Below, one piece after another: positions 35,082-46,201 of a DNA stretch of 64,000 bases. The notes under the pieces were generated by a model. The model saw only the letters and a list, made by a program, of their open reading frames with translations, was not told where the DNA came from and searched no databases. Source of the DNA: Eledone cirrhosa (taxonomy: Eukaryota); NCBI GenBank assembly GCA_964016885.1, contig OZ024742.1, forward strand, positions 145,576,001-145,640,000, in the 5' to 3' direction. The translations under genes and the position numbers were made by a program. How positions within the stretch are numbered: the stretch's first letter is position 1; every line of letters begins with the position of its first letter.

Positions 35082-35247
35082 CAGCTTTCATGTAACCGAG
35101 AAGTAATACATCATCATCTCTTAATGGCATATCTGGAAGATTGTCAAGATGTTCTTCAATATTTGGCATTATTGGCACTAGAAAGCCTTTGTAGTCATAG
35201 TTGTGCAACTGGTATCCAGCCGGATCTTTGTAGAAAACTTCAGGCAT
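35082..35247 (-). CDS. Sulfotransferase copy 1, coding exon 1
   Basis: MPEVFYKD...LRDDDVLLLGYMKA(G)|gtatgt. An acceptor ttacag at 35268-35269 suggests an upstream non-coding exon. The five exons sum to 870 nt = 289 aa plus stop. Confidence 0.9.
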
Positions 35248-35640
35248 GATGTAATTCTATTGTTCTTCTGTAATATATAAATGTTATATAACTATATGAT
35301 TATAGTGTTTACCAAGTGAGAAAGGCAGGTAAAACAGTAACGATGATGATGATGATGATGACACTTAAGGTAGGACATCACAGCCATTCACACACACTCA
35401 CTCACACACACACACACATATACACACGCACACATGCGTGTGTATGTGTGTGTTTGTGTGCTCTTTATTATAGTCAAGTGATGAATCTTATCTGATGTTT
35501 TTGTGAGTACACAGATGAAACTTCAAAGTTACAAGATTCTTGAGATAGCCACAATAAAGAGTATCATTATACTCTAATTTGGTAGTGAGTACTCATTCCC
35601 GCATCCATCCACATAATATGGATATATATATATATATATA

Positions 35641-35847
35641 TAGGAACAAGTAGGACCCCGACGGCTGAGCTCAAGCCGTTTCGACGGCTAATTCTGGACT
35701 AAAATTTTTTAGTCCAGAATTAGCCGTCAAAACGGCTTGAGCTCAGCCGTCGGGGTCCTACTCGTTCCTATTACCCACTCTACTACCCTAAGTATTGAGT
35801 ACTTTGGTGCGTTATGGTTCACCTGGTTCCTTATCACATTTCCTTTG

Positions 35848-35849
<2 letters not shown>
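35641..35849. mobile_element. (TA)n-flanked fold-back element, long variant
   Basis: About 64-bp inverted arms (35641-35770) plus a tail homologous to 20465-20543. Confidence 0.65.
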
Positions 35850-35891
<42 letters not shown>

Positions 35892-36296
35892 AGTGAATAG
35901 AAATGTAGCAGACTGTAGCGAAGTTGATGGTGAGTTGTATGTAGCAATAGAAGGTAGAATAGATATAGTGATGGGAGGAATTAGTTTCAGTTTTTTGTTA
36001 TTCATTAGTGTGTGGCAGAGGTTGTAGTAGTTTGTGTTGGTTGTTGTCTTGCTGGGTGATTATGAGTAAGTTAAAATTTGTCCCAGATATAAGCACTGTG
36101 TGTAATGCCAATGAATGAACAAATACAATATGATCGCTACCAAAATATATTTATTAAGTTAATAGCCTGCTATGAGGCTAATGGGACAATGTAATGAAAA
36201 CAAGGCTTAAGTTGTTATATATGTATGTGTGCAATGATTCAAAAGATGGTATTTACTGTACTTCGGTTATGAGATGATAGTCATTTGTCTGGTAGT

Positions 36297-36319
36297 GAGA
36301 GAGACAGAGAGAGAGAGAG

Positions 36320-36384
<65 letters not shown>
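36297..36384. repeat. (GA)n microsatellite
   Basis: Direct reading. Confidence 0.95.
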
Positions 36385-36387
<3 letters not shown>

Positions 36388-36894
36388 ACAGGGGTTTGTA
36401 TGATATAGTGGCTACATCTTAACAGCTAGAAATCATTTCTATAACTTCTTTGTTTTTGCATGCATATTCTTGTTTGACTTCTATAACATTTCCAACATTA
36501 AATGTTTGCATGCACACAGACTTTGCCTAAACCATGAGCCAAGATTTTCTCACTTTTACAAAAAAACAGAAGTAATTTTCAAGATGTAGACTCCTGATCT
36601 CAAAAACAAGAACAACAACTATCTCTCTTGAAGAAGGATTATCAATATAGTCTAATATTGGGAAAAAATAGGCATTAACATGTGTAGCAATCAAACCAAC
36701 ATCACTTATTTTCACAATAAGTATGATAACCAACTGCCCCAACACACCCAACATGAAAATAAGAAGTGTGGGTTCGATTCCCATGCATGCTAATGCCCAA
36801 GTTTTTCATTATGGGGTAAGGAGTGGTTCGTATGTCCTAAAATTAGACTATTTTCTGTACTCAATTTAAAGTGAAAGCTTCTAATTCTATTTAA

Positions 36895-36918
36895 ATATAT
36901 ATATGTGCATATATGTGC

Positions 36919-37010
<92 letters not shown>
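36895..37010. repeat. (TA)n microsatellite
   Basis: Direct reading. Confidence 0.95.
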
Positions 37011-37012
<2 letters not shown>

Positions 37013-37019
37013 TTCATTT

Positions 37020-37250
37020 TTGTATTTGTTTTGCAAGGTTTCTTAGCTGAAAACTTGTGTTGAAACAGATATTGTTATACTTTGGGAGGGTCATGCTGCC
37101 AATAAAAACACAAGCACCTGTTAGTTTTCACTTCAATTTATTATAAACTTCCAGTTGGTTTGTACAATGACTGAGGAGGTCACAGAATGTGTGACAAAAG
37201 AGCTCTGACAATAAACAAATAAAGAACCATCTGGTTATTAAACTAACCAA
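37020..37250. mobile_element. Rearranged copy of the hammerhead-bearing element at 42910-43180
   Basis: 37030-37160 is the reverse complement of about 43050-43170; 37170-37250 is direct to 42977-43050. Confidence 0.65.
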
Positions 37251-37494
37251 TTCTCTATGGTTCAAAACAGCTGTTTAGGAATAATTAGTAATGTAAATAA
37301 TAATTTTATAATCTCATTATTTTCTATCTCATCATATGTATTACAAGATAAAATTAATGATGTTTCTGTAATATTACTGTATGATTATCCTCTGGTATGA
37401 GATATTTTTTGCATCTAATTTCCATTGAGTTTTTATGGAACAACGAAATCAAGATGTTTTTATTTCGATTTATTTTATCTTGTTTATATATCAT

Positions 37495-39561
37495 GATCAT
37501 CCTGATCATCATCATCATCACTGTTTAACATACATTTTCAATGCTAGCATGGATTAGATGGGTTGTCCTATTAGAGGCAAATGTCTTGCTCATCAGAACC
37601 GATTTGGGCTTTGTTTCTACAGCTGGATGCCCTTCCCAACACCAACTACATTTACAGTGAGTACTGGGTGCTTTTTGTTGTGACACCTACATGACCACTT
37701 TACAGGGTGGACTTTGTACTTTTTGTCATGTCACCTTCATGACTATTTTGCAGTATGGTCTCGGGGGTTTGGTGGGAAGGGTGTTTAGTGATTAGGGAGT
37801 AGGATATATGGGTGTGTGTGAGGGGCAGAGTGTTAGGTCATCAGAGCTGTGTGGAAGGGAGGTGAAGGTGGTGCATACCAAATGTATGCTTCAGCCTGTG
37901 TTCATGGGAGATGTATGGGAGGGAGTGGAGGTGAATACTATATGTATGCCTCATTCCGTACTCATGGGATTGTAGGTCTTCTGTATTACTGCATAACGCC
38001 TGAGATCCTGGTTCAGTGTCGTCGCCTTTGAGAATTGCAATTGTGTAAGGTCATCTTTTATCACCTCATCCCAAGCCTTCCTGAGTCTTCACTCCAAAGT
38101 TACCATCAATTTTGAGTGCTCTGCATCTTTTTATACAGCTGTTATCCTTCATTTACATCACATGTCCATACCAATGCAATCTCCTCTCCTGCACACTACA
38201 TCTGATCCCTCTTATGACTAGTTTCTCTCTCAGTTCGTTTATGCTTTGCCATTTACATATATTACTATTACACATCCATTGAAGCATGCAAGCTTCATTT
38301 CTTTTCAATTTTTGTAAAACCTCTACACACAGTGTCCAAGTCTCATTACCATGTAACATTTCTGTTTGTATACATGTCAAACAATCTTCCTTTCTGTTTG
38401 AGGGAAAACATTTTGTAGGTAGCAATGGTAGTAGCTCACTGAACTTCTTCCATCCCATCCTCACTCAGGCTACAGTACTTTTAGAACACCCACCCCCATT
38501 GCTAATTTGATCACCTAGGTAGCAGAAGATGTCTACCACTTCTACCAAACCTTCCCAGAATTTGATAGTGCTTGTTTCCTGTGGTCATTTGCTACTTACT
38601 GCTCCAGTGCAACAGTTACATGTAAAACCTACATTCTTAGCTAAACTATCCCATAGTTTGAATTTGGGACAATGGATGGAATTTCTACCTAGATCTTTCC
38701 TACACACTGAGCATGGCCATTTCCCCATGGAGATCTTGGATCTGTTTTCCCTTCTACTTACTAGGACCCTAGTCTTTGTCAGATTGACTTTAAGACCCTT
38801 TGTTTCTAGGCCATGCTTCCAGGTTTGGAATTTCTTCTCTAATTCTGCCATAGATTCAGCTTTGAGTGTGAGATCTTCTGTATACGGGAGTTCCCATGGG
38901 CAACCAGTCTTAACCCTTTACTGTTCAAACCGGCCCAAACCAGCCAGAATTCTCTACCTCTTTCTGTTGAAACTGGCTGTAACTGGTCGCTTAAACTGAT
39001 GTTAAGGTATTGTTCTCAAAATAAATACTTTCAAAATCTCATAGATTCGATATTATGTGAGATAATTATGTGAGGTAAAGCCTTTACCATGAAAATATAA
39101 TAGTATATATAAAATAATGTGAATGCTAAAGGGTTAAACTCCTCTGTTATAGCCTGCAGAATGATAATAAACAGAAGAGGGCTAAGGGCAGAGCCCTGTT
39201 GGATGCTAAAGTGCATGTTAAATTCCTTGCTACCGTCGTTATCAATCCTAACTTTGCTGACTGCTCCGCTATCATGGCTTGTACAAGCCACTCTTTTACT
39301 CCTAGTTTTCTCAGAGCCCACCAGATAATGGCATGGGAGACTCATGTCAAAAGCTTTCTCAAGATCAACAAACATCAGGTAGAGCAGCTTACTTTCAGCT
39401 CGGTACTTAACCTGTAGCTGTTTCACAGGGAAGAGGGCATCTGTGGTGCTTTTACCTGACACAAATCTGAACTGCATCTCATCTAGGTTAATCCGGTTCC
39501 TAATCAGCTATGCTATAACCCTTTCTGTTACTTTCATGACCTGCTCCATCAACTTGATGCC

Positions 39562-39565
<4 letters not shown>
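37495..39565 (-). mobile_element. RTE-clade LINE fragment
   Basis: MQF.FVSGKSTTDA, QGSALSPLLF, GLKVNLTKT, MLHGNETW, RRLHWYGHV; (CAT)n tail. Confidence 0.85.
38914..39133. mobile_element. piggyBac-type MITE (220 bp) inside the RTE
   Basis: TTAA|CCCTTTA...TAAAGGG|TTAA; removing it restores gtcttaaactcctctg as in the uninterrupted RTE at about 30395. Confidence 0.85.
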
Positions 39566-39597
<32 letters not shown>

Positions 39598-40079
39598 ACA
39601 CACCATGTACTCTGATATAAGAAGCAACTAAAAGGCTTGATGTTTCGGGAAGGGCATTCAGCAATAAAACATTTCCTTAAAATGTCCATGCCAGCATGGA
39701 AAAATCGACATCAAAACGATTTTGATATGCATTATATATATATATATATATAGGTTTGCCATACATCAGAGTTTGAATGGCTGTCCTGGGGCCCTGTCTG
39801 GTTTACTAATCTTTCCTGGTTGAGACTGAGTTGTCTTCGAATGTCCTGGATGTTGATGAAAAAATATAAACCCAAAAGGGAAAATGAGAAAGGTTAAAAT
39901 CTGCACAGAATCTTGACTTAATGTTAGACATATTTTGTGAATTTTTTCTGTATGTGTACATGTGATGCAAGTGCTTGATAAAATGTTTGGCTGCAGTTTC
40001 TAGCATATGTTACAAACAATAAGGTTTTGCGATTTAGTGAATTTGTTTCTTCATATTTTTCTTTAAAATGGGGTAAATT

Positions 40080-40580
40080 CATGGAACACCACCATTGATT
40101 TCAGTGGGAAATAATTATTTTTCCTCATTTTTTTTTCATGTGCTATCAATTAAACTTACCTCCAAATATACTGCATAGGACATTTTCATTTTTCAATGGA
40201 AAACAAAGGGGGAAGAGAGGGTACCCTCAGACTTTTCACTCCCTCTCCACCTAAATTTTCTTTACCATTTTTTTCCTCAATCATTTTTTTGTGTGTGCTA
40301 CAACTAATCTTACCTCCAAACATGCTGCAAAATACTTTTTTCCCTTAACCCTAACCCTTACTCCAAACCTAACCCCAGCCACAGCACCGACCCTAACCCT
40401 AACCTCGGGGGAAGGAGGTGAAAAGTCTGAGCCCCCTCCCCCTTTCACATCCATTTTCCATGGAAAAGTCTCTTGTTTGGAGGTAAGTTTAATTGATAGC
40501 ACAAGGGGAAAAAATAGATAAATAATGGGAAAAAATAAATATTTCCTACTGAAATCAATGGGGGGGGGGGGGTTCTATTA
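40080..40580. mobile_element. MITE-like element with about 75-bp imperfect TIRs and internal CCCTAA-like repeats
   Basis: cattgatttcagtgggaaat...tgtgctatcaattaaacttacctccaaa versus tttggaggtaagtttaattgatagcaca...atttcctactgaaatcaatg. Confidence 0.65.
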
Positions 40581-40889
40581 TAATACAAATAAGGGCAGGT
40601 TGGTGGAACCTTACAAAAAAGGTTCTACTATATACAGTGGCGAACTGGCCAGGTTGCCAGGTTGCCCAATGGCAAGTGGGCCCCAGAGGGCCCCCAGTAG
40701 CACACAGGGCCCCTCAATAGCATTGCAGGGGCCCACTGTAGTATTTTAGGTGCCAATGCTTTGCTTTCAAAAGATATCTTTATAAAAATGTCTCAGAGAT
40801 AGAATAAAGAATTTTTTTTATAAATAAAGAAATAAGTAAAGCATTTGGTCAAACAATTCCCTAGGGAATTAATAGATATCAAAATATAT

Positions 40890-41096
40890 TGGTTTCTTAT
40901 ATAGGCACAAGGCCAACCAGTTTGGGGGAGAAGAAAGTCGATTAAAGTCGACCCCAGTGCGTGACTGGTAGTTTATTTTATCGACCCTGTAAGGATGAAA
41001 GGCAAAGTTATCCTTGACAGGATTTGAACTCAGATCATAAAGGGCCGTAACATGCACAGCATGGCGTCCGACCCTCTACCGATACTGCCAATCCAC
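40890..41096 (-). mobile_element. tRNA-derived SINE with TSD
   Basis: atcaaaatatatt on both sides. Confidence 0.85.
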
Positions 41097-41334
41097 AATC
41101 AAAATATATTATAGTACTGACAGTTGGAGTCACTGGCTAACTATATTCATTCATGCATACATACAGACACACACACACACGTATATATATATATATTTAT
41201 ATATACATATACATACACATTAGCTGTCATGAGCTGTTGGCCAAATAACTTTTGATATCAATGGGTTAAAGACATATGTAAAATCAATTAGTGATCAGTT
41301 CTTCAATCTAAAGTCCCTAGGGAGAATGAGTCAA

Positions 41335-41525
41335 ATAATTGTTTCTACTTTTGGCACAAGGCCAGCAATTATCCCAGTGCATTACTGGTACTTTATTTCA
41401 TCGACCCCGTAAGGATTAAAGGCAAAGTTAACCTCGGCGGGATTTGAACTCAGACCATAAAGGACCGTAACTCTATGCTGCAAAGCATGGCGTCCGACCC
41501 TCTACCGATACTGCTAATCCACCGC
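41335..41525 (-). mobile_element. tRNA-derived SINE
   Basis: A/B boxes and core. Confidence 0.88.
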
Positions 41526-41666
41526 AAATTATGTTTGTACAAGTTGAAAACATTTATGTATACATATATATAAATTTATATATACAACTTGTACATGTAC
41601 ACAGATATGGACACTACCAGGTATATATATTGAGTGAGTGTGAAAGACCAAAGGTCATTATTGAAA

Positions 41667-41850
41667 GGTGGATTGGCAGTATCGGTAGAGGGTCGGACGC
41701 CATGCTTTCCAGCATAGTTACGTCTCTTTACGATCTGAGTTCAAATCCCGCCGAGGTTGACTTTGCCTTTCATCCTTACGGGGTCGATAAAATAAAGTAC
41801 CAGTAATGCACTGGGTAATTGCTGGCCTTGTGCCAAAAGTAGAAACAATT
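41667..41850 (+). mobile_element. tRNA-derived SINE with TSD
   Basis: A box tggcagtatcgg, B box gttcaaatcc; attattgaaag on both sides. Confidence 0.88.
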
Positions 41851-42822
41851 ATTGAAAGTCTCTGGAGGTGTATACTTTTTATTGGAGAAGGTAAGACAAT
41901 ATACTATACATTCACAATTATTTAAAAATTCAATTATAACATTCTCTATTAACATTTAGTATTTCCTGTATACTGCCAGTAATATGTACAGTATATATAC
42001 ACTATAATTGGTAAAAAATACACATTTTTTCCTACAAAAATTTGATTGCACTGTTTTGTTTTCACTTATGTAATTTTTGAAAATGTTATTTATTCATTAT
42101 AAAAATTAAACGATAGCATTCTATATGTGTGTGGTCCTCCTTTATCTCCTGGCAACCAATATTTTTAGATCCAGTCCGCCATTGGCTACATACTTATTCT
42201 AAGGGATTAAAGAAAATGGGATGAGTGAAAAAAGGTGAGAGCCAGATAAACAAGGAGAGAGTGGAAGAAGGAGAAACAAAGAAAGGAAGAGGAAGAGAAG
42301 GAGGAGGAGGATAAAGTGAGAACAAAGAAGAAAAAGAAAGAAGAGAGAGTTAAGGTCATGCAAATAAATAGATAATTGTTTATCATCAGAATGTAGCAGT
42401 ACTTTATATGGAGAGTAACAGTAGAAAATGCACACAGAAAATAAATTACATAAGACAAATAGGTAACTGCATATCTACTTCATCAACCACTTGGTTGCAT
42501 GCAATGTTGAACCTAAAGGTGACATTGCACATGTAATGTCAATTAGTACACAGATATATATGGGCAAATTGTCATTACATATGCAATATCTTGCATATAT
42601 CAATATGCACATACATATATCAACATGTACATACATATTGATATATGTATATATGTGTGTATGTGTGTATGTATGTATGTATGTATGTATGTATGTATGT
42701 ATGTATGTATGGAGTTAAGGTAAAGCAAGGGTGATATGAAATCACTACACCAGTGTTATAATTACTATGGCACTGCTATTTCCTCAAAGTGCTTTCGTGT
42801 ATCTATTTTATAGAACCATGGC

Positions 42823-42909
<87 letters not shown>

Positions 42910-42973
42910 TTACCATACACAAAAACAAGATTGTGTAGGACAGGACAAACGAGAGGCACAAAATAAGAAATAA

Positions 42974-43016
42974 GTCACTGAGGAGGTCACATAATGTGTG
43001 ACGAAAGAACTTTGAC
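42974..43016 (+). ncRNA. Minimal type I hammerhead ribozyme, canonical core
   Basis: gtca-CTGAGGA-g-gtcaca-taatg-tgtgac-GAAA-gaac-TT-tgac. Confidence 0.7.
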
Positions 43017-43202
43017 AATACATAAACAACCATCTGGTTATTGAACCAACTAACTGGAAATTTATAATAAATTGACATGAAAACCAGCAGAGGCGTGTGA
43101 TTTTATTGGCAGCATCACCCTCCCAAAGTATAACAATATCTCTTTCAGACAAGAAATCTTGCAAGACAAATTCAGAAAAGAAGTATATATATATATGTAT
43201 AT

Positions 43203-44318
43203 ATCATCATCATCATCATCATCATCAACGTTTAACATCCGTGTTCCACGCTTGCATGGGTTTGGACGGGGGTAGTCCCACTTGAGGCAAGAGTGATTGT
43301 CTTGCTTGCATAGGACTGTCTGGCAGGTTTTCTACAGTTGGATGCCCTTCCTAACACCAACCACATTTACAGTGTGGGGCTGGGAGGCTTTTACCGTGTT
43401 GCCTACATGGCCACATTACAGCGTGGTCTGTGTGTTTTTTTGTCGTGACACCTACACGATCTCATTTGTTTCGGCCTGGATGGTGTGGCACCAACACAAC
43501 TTTACATAGAACGGGGTGGCGTGGATGGGTTGGGGGTGGTGGGACGGGGGGGGGGGGGGTATTTTGTTAGATGCCTACTGGCTGTAGTAGGTTTTACTAT
43601 GTATTTAGGTAAGGCGGGTCTTCTCTGTTACTGAGTACCGCCAAAGGTCTCGGTCCAGTGACATTGTCTTGGAGAGGTGTAAGTGTGTGAGGTCGGAGTT
43701 TATCAGCTCGCCCCAGGTTTTTCTAGGTCTGCCTATTCCGTGGCTACCGTCTATCTTTATTGCCCTGCACTTTGTTATACAGCTATCGACTTTCATGCGC
43801 ATCACGTGTCCATACCAACGTAGCCTTCTCTCGAGTAAACAACATCTGATCCCTCTTATTTCTAATTTTTTCCTTAGTTCGTTTATGCTTTGCCGTTCAC
43901 GTATATTACTGTTACACATCCAGCGGAGCATGCAAGCTTCGTTCCTCTCTAGTCTGCGTATATCCTCTGCACACAATGCCCAGGTCTCACTGCCATGCAA
44001 CATTGCTGTTCGTATGCAGGCATCGTACAATCTGCCTTTCATTTTTAGGGAGAACCCTTTAGCAGCTAATAGTGGTATAAGCTCTCTGAACTTTTTCCAA
44101 CCAGTTCTGACTCTAGCTACTGTACTTTCAGAGCACCCTCCCCCACTGCTGATTTTATCACCAAGGTAACGGAAACTGTCCACTATTTCTATAGAACCCT
44201 CTGCGCAATTGAAAGAGCTAGTATTTTGTGGGCACTTGCTGCTACTTATTGCACCAGAGCACCGGCCACATGTAAAATCTATGTTCTTAGTTAGCTTACC
44301 TGTGATCCCACTACATCT
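43203..44318 (-). mobile_element. RTE-clade LINE 3' fragment
   Basis: ORF 43605-44393 with FRYLG, MLHGSETW, RRLRWYGHV; (CAT)n tail; very similar to 20581-21586. Confidence 0.9.
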
Positions 44319-44354
44319 TATGTATATATATATATACATACACACACAGATATA

Positions 44355-44451
44355 CAGGGTGTCCAAAAAAATGTATACACACTCCAACAACATTCTAATA
44401 AATATTGACTGTACAGGTAATCAAAATGTGTATACATTTTTTGGGGACACC

Positions 44452-44454
<3 letters not shown>
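44355..44454. mobile_element. 100-bp Tc1/mariner-type MITE
   Basis: TA-cagggtgtccaaaaaaatgtatacac ... gtgtatacattttttggggacaccttc-TA. Confidence 0.75.
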
Positions 44455-44512
<58 letters not shown>

Positions 44513-44516
<4 letters not shown>

Positions 44517-46100
44517 GTAAACATTTTTTTACTATCCTAGAGAAAAACTTCCTGCCAAACCATAAATACCATCAAATTTTAAATAGATCAACTGTCAAAT
44601 TTTCCTACTCCACTACCTACAACAAAATATAAGTGCGTACAACGCATATAAATGTAAAAAAACACACGAATATACCACCAACACATCAAACCAACCATAA
44701 TACTAAAATAAACCGCAAAAAACCACCATCTCCTTCCCATATAACAAGTCAAGTAAATTCCACACCAAATTTGACTAACTCCTCTGATATAATATTCACG
44801 AATGGTTGTAACTGTAGAAACAAAAGAAATTGCCCATTAAAGGGAAATTGTCTTATTAATAACATAGTCTATAAATGTAAAATTAGCACTAAGGACTCCA
44901 CTTATTCATATATAGGAGCTACGTCTAACCCATTTAAAGTAAGATTTAATACCCACAAACATAGTTTTAAAAATGCCGCATTAGCTAATACAACATCCTT
45001 GGCTGAAATAATTAATAATTATAGAAAAAAGAATATCGATTACAACCTGACCTGGAGTGTGCTCAAAAGAGCCACCCCATATCAAAATAACAGATATGAG
45101 TGTAGATTATGCTCTCAGCAACTTTTTGAAATAATGAAATCTAAGGATATCCTATTAAATAAACGACAAGAATTAATTATATCTTGCAATCATATAATTA
45201 GAAGAACCTTCAAATATTATAAACCTAATTAATATACACCTTACATTTATATTTTACATATTATTATAATTAGTTTTTTTAATTTAGTTAACCTATAATT
45301 AGTACTTTACTACAGAGAACTTCATAATTTTATTTCCCTCTTACAGCTCTCTTTTCCTAAAATTAATACCTAAAAGTATACATATAAATTAATTTAATTT
45401 CCTGTTATGAATCCAGATTCCTTGTAGTTTATATAAGATTGGTATTTCTCACTACTATCCTTATCCCAAAATTTTATTTTCCTTCGTTTTTAACAACATT
45501 CTTTAATAACATCTAATTCTTATTTATCAAATCCATATGAATTAATATAAATTTATCCCTATAAGTATACCTATCAAATAATTTAGTTTCTTGTTATAGA
45601 TCTAGATTCCTTGTGGTTTAAATAAGATTGATATATCTCACTAATACCCTTACCCTAAAATTTTACTTTCCTTCGTTTTTAATATTCTTTAATAACATCA
45701 AATTTTCGTGTACCCTTCACCGGCTTGACCTCTTTTCATCCCCAAAGTATTCTTCCCATTCAAAACACAAGTCTGCACTTCTCTACCCCTAAATTAAATT
45801 TCTACTACTACTATTCTATCAACTTGACCTCTTACTACTTTTCTATTGGTCAATTCAAAACCTGTTCCCAAACAGACCTATTATATTAAATCTTTGTTGG
45901 TTTTTTTCAATAAACAAATCTCATCATTTCTGAAGACAGCATATATATGTGAAGGTATGTATATTTCCTCTGATAGTTTGTAATATTTTTACATAGATCT
46001 ATATGATATACACATATATATCCTAGAAACGATCGTAAAATGATGAATTTTTAATATAAGGAATTTGTTTTTTGTTTTTATTCATTGTTTTTATTAATTT
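44513..46100 (+). mobile_element. Penelope-like (Naiad-type) 3' fragment with GIY-YIG domain, between TA/CA microsatellites
   Basis: HKYHQILNRSTVKFSYS, CNCRNKRNCPLKGNC..NIVYKC, YIGAT..FKVRFNTH, CRLC; an ~190-bp direct repeat in the 3' UTR. Confidence 0.85.
45921..46046 (+). ncRNA. Type I hammerhead ribozyme, canonical core with 9-bp stem I
   Basis: tcatcattt-CTGAAGA-...atatatatgtg...cacatatatat...-GAAA-cgatcg-TA-aaatgatga. Confidence 0.75.
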
Positions 46101-46125
46101 ATATACACACACACACACACACACA

Positions 46126-46194
<69 letters not shown>

Positions 46195-46201
<7 letters not shown>

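Larger units (their letters stand above)
40635..42184. mobile_element. Non-autonomous hAT-type element carrying three SINEs
   Basis: TIRs cagtggcgaactgg / ccagtccgccattg; subterminal ggttgccagg / cctggcaacc; decayed 8-bp TSD actatata / gctacata. Confidence 0.6.

Noticed and set aside
35488-35530. Additional hammerhead (ctgatgt...tgtg-agta-caca..gaaac)
   Set aside because: Core A9 is missing and stems I and III are not convincing
40340-40405. Telomere or chromosome-fusion relic
   Set aside because: Only a few degenerate CCCTAA units, enclosed in a TIR element
41667-41760. tRNA gene suggested by A/B boxes
   Set aside because: Head of a multi-copy SINE with a shared core, tail and TSD; no complete cloverleaf evident
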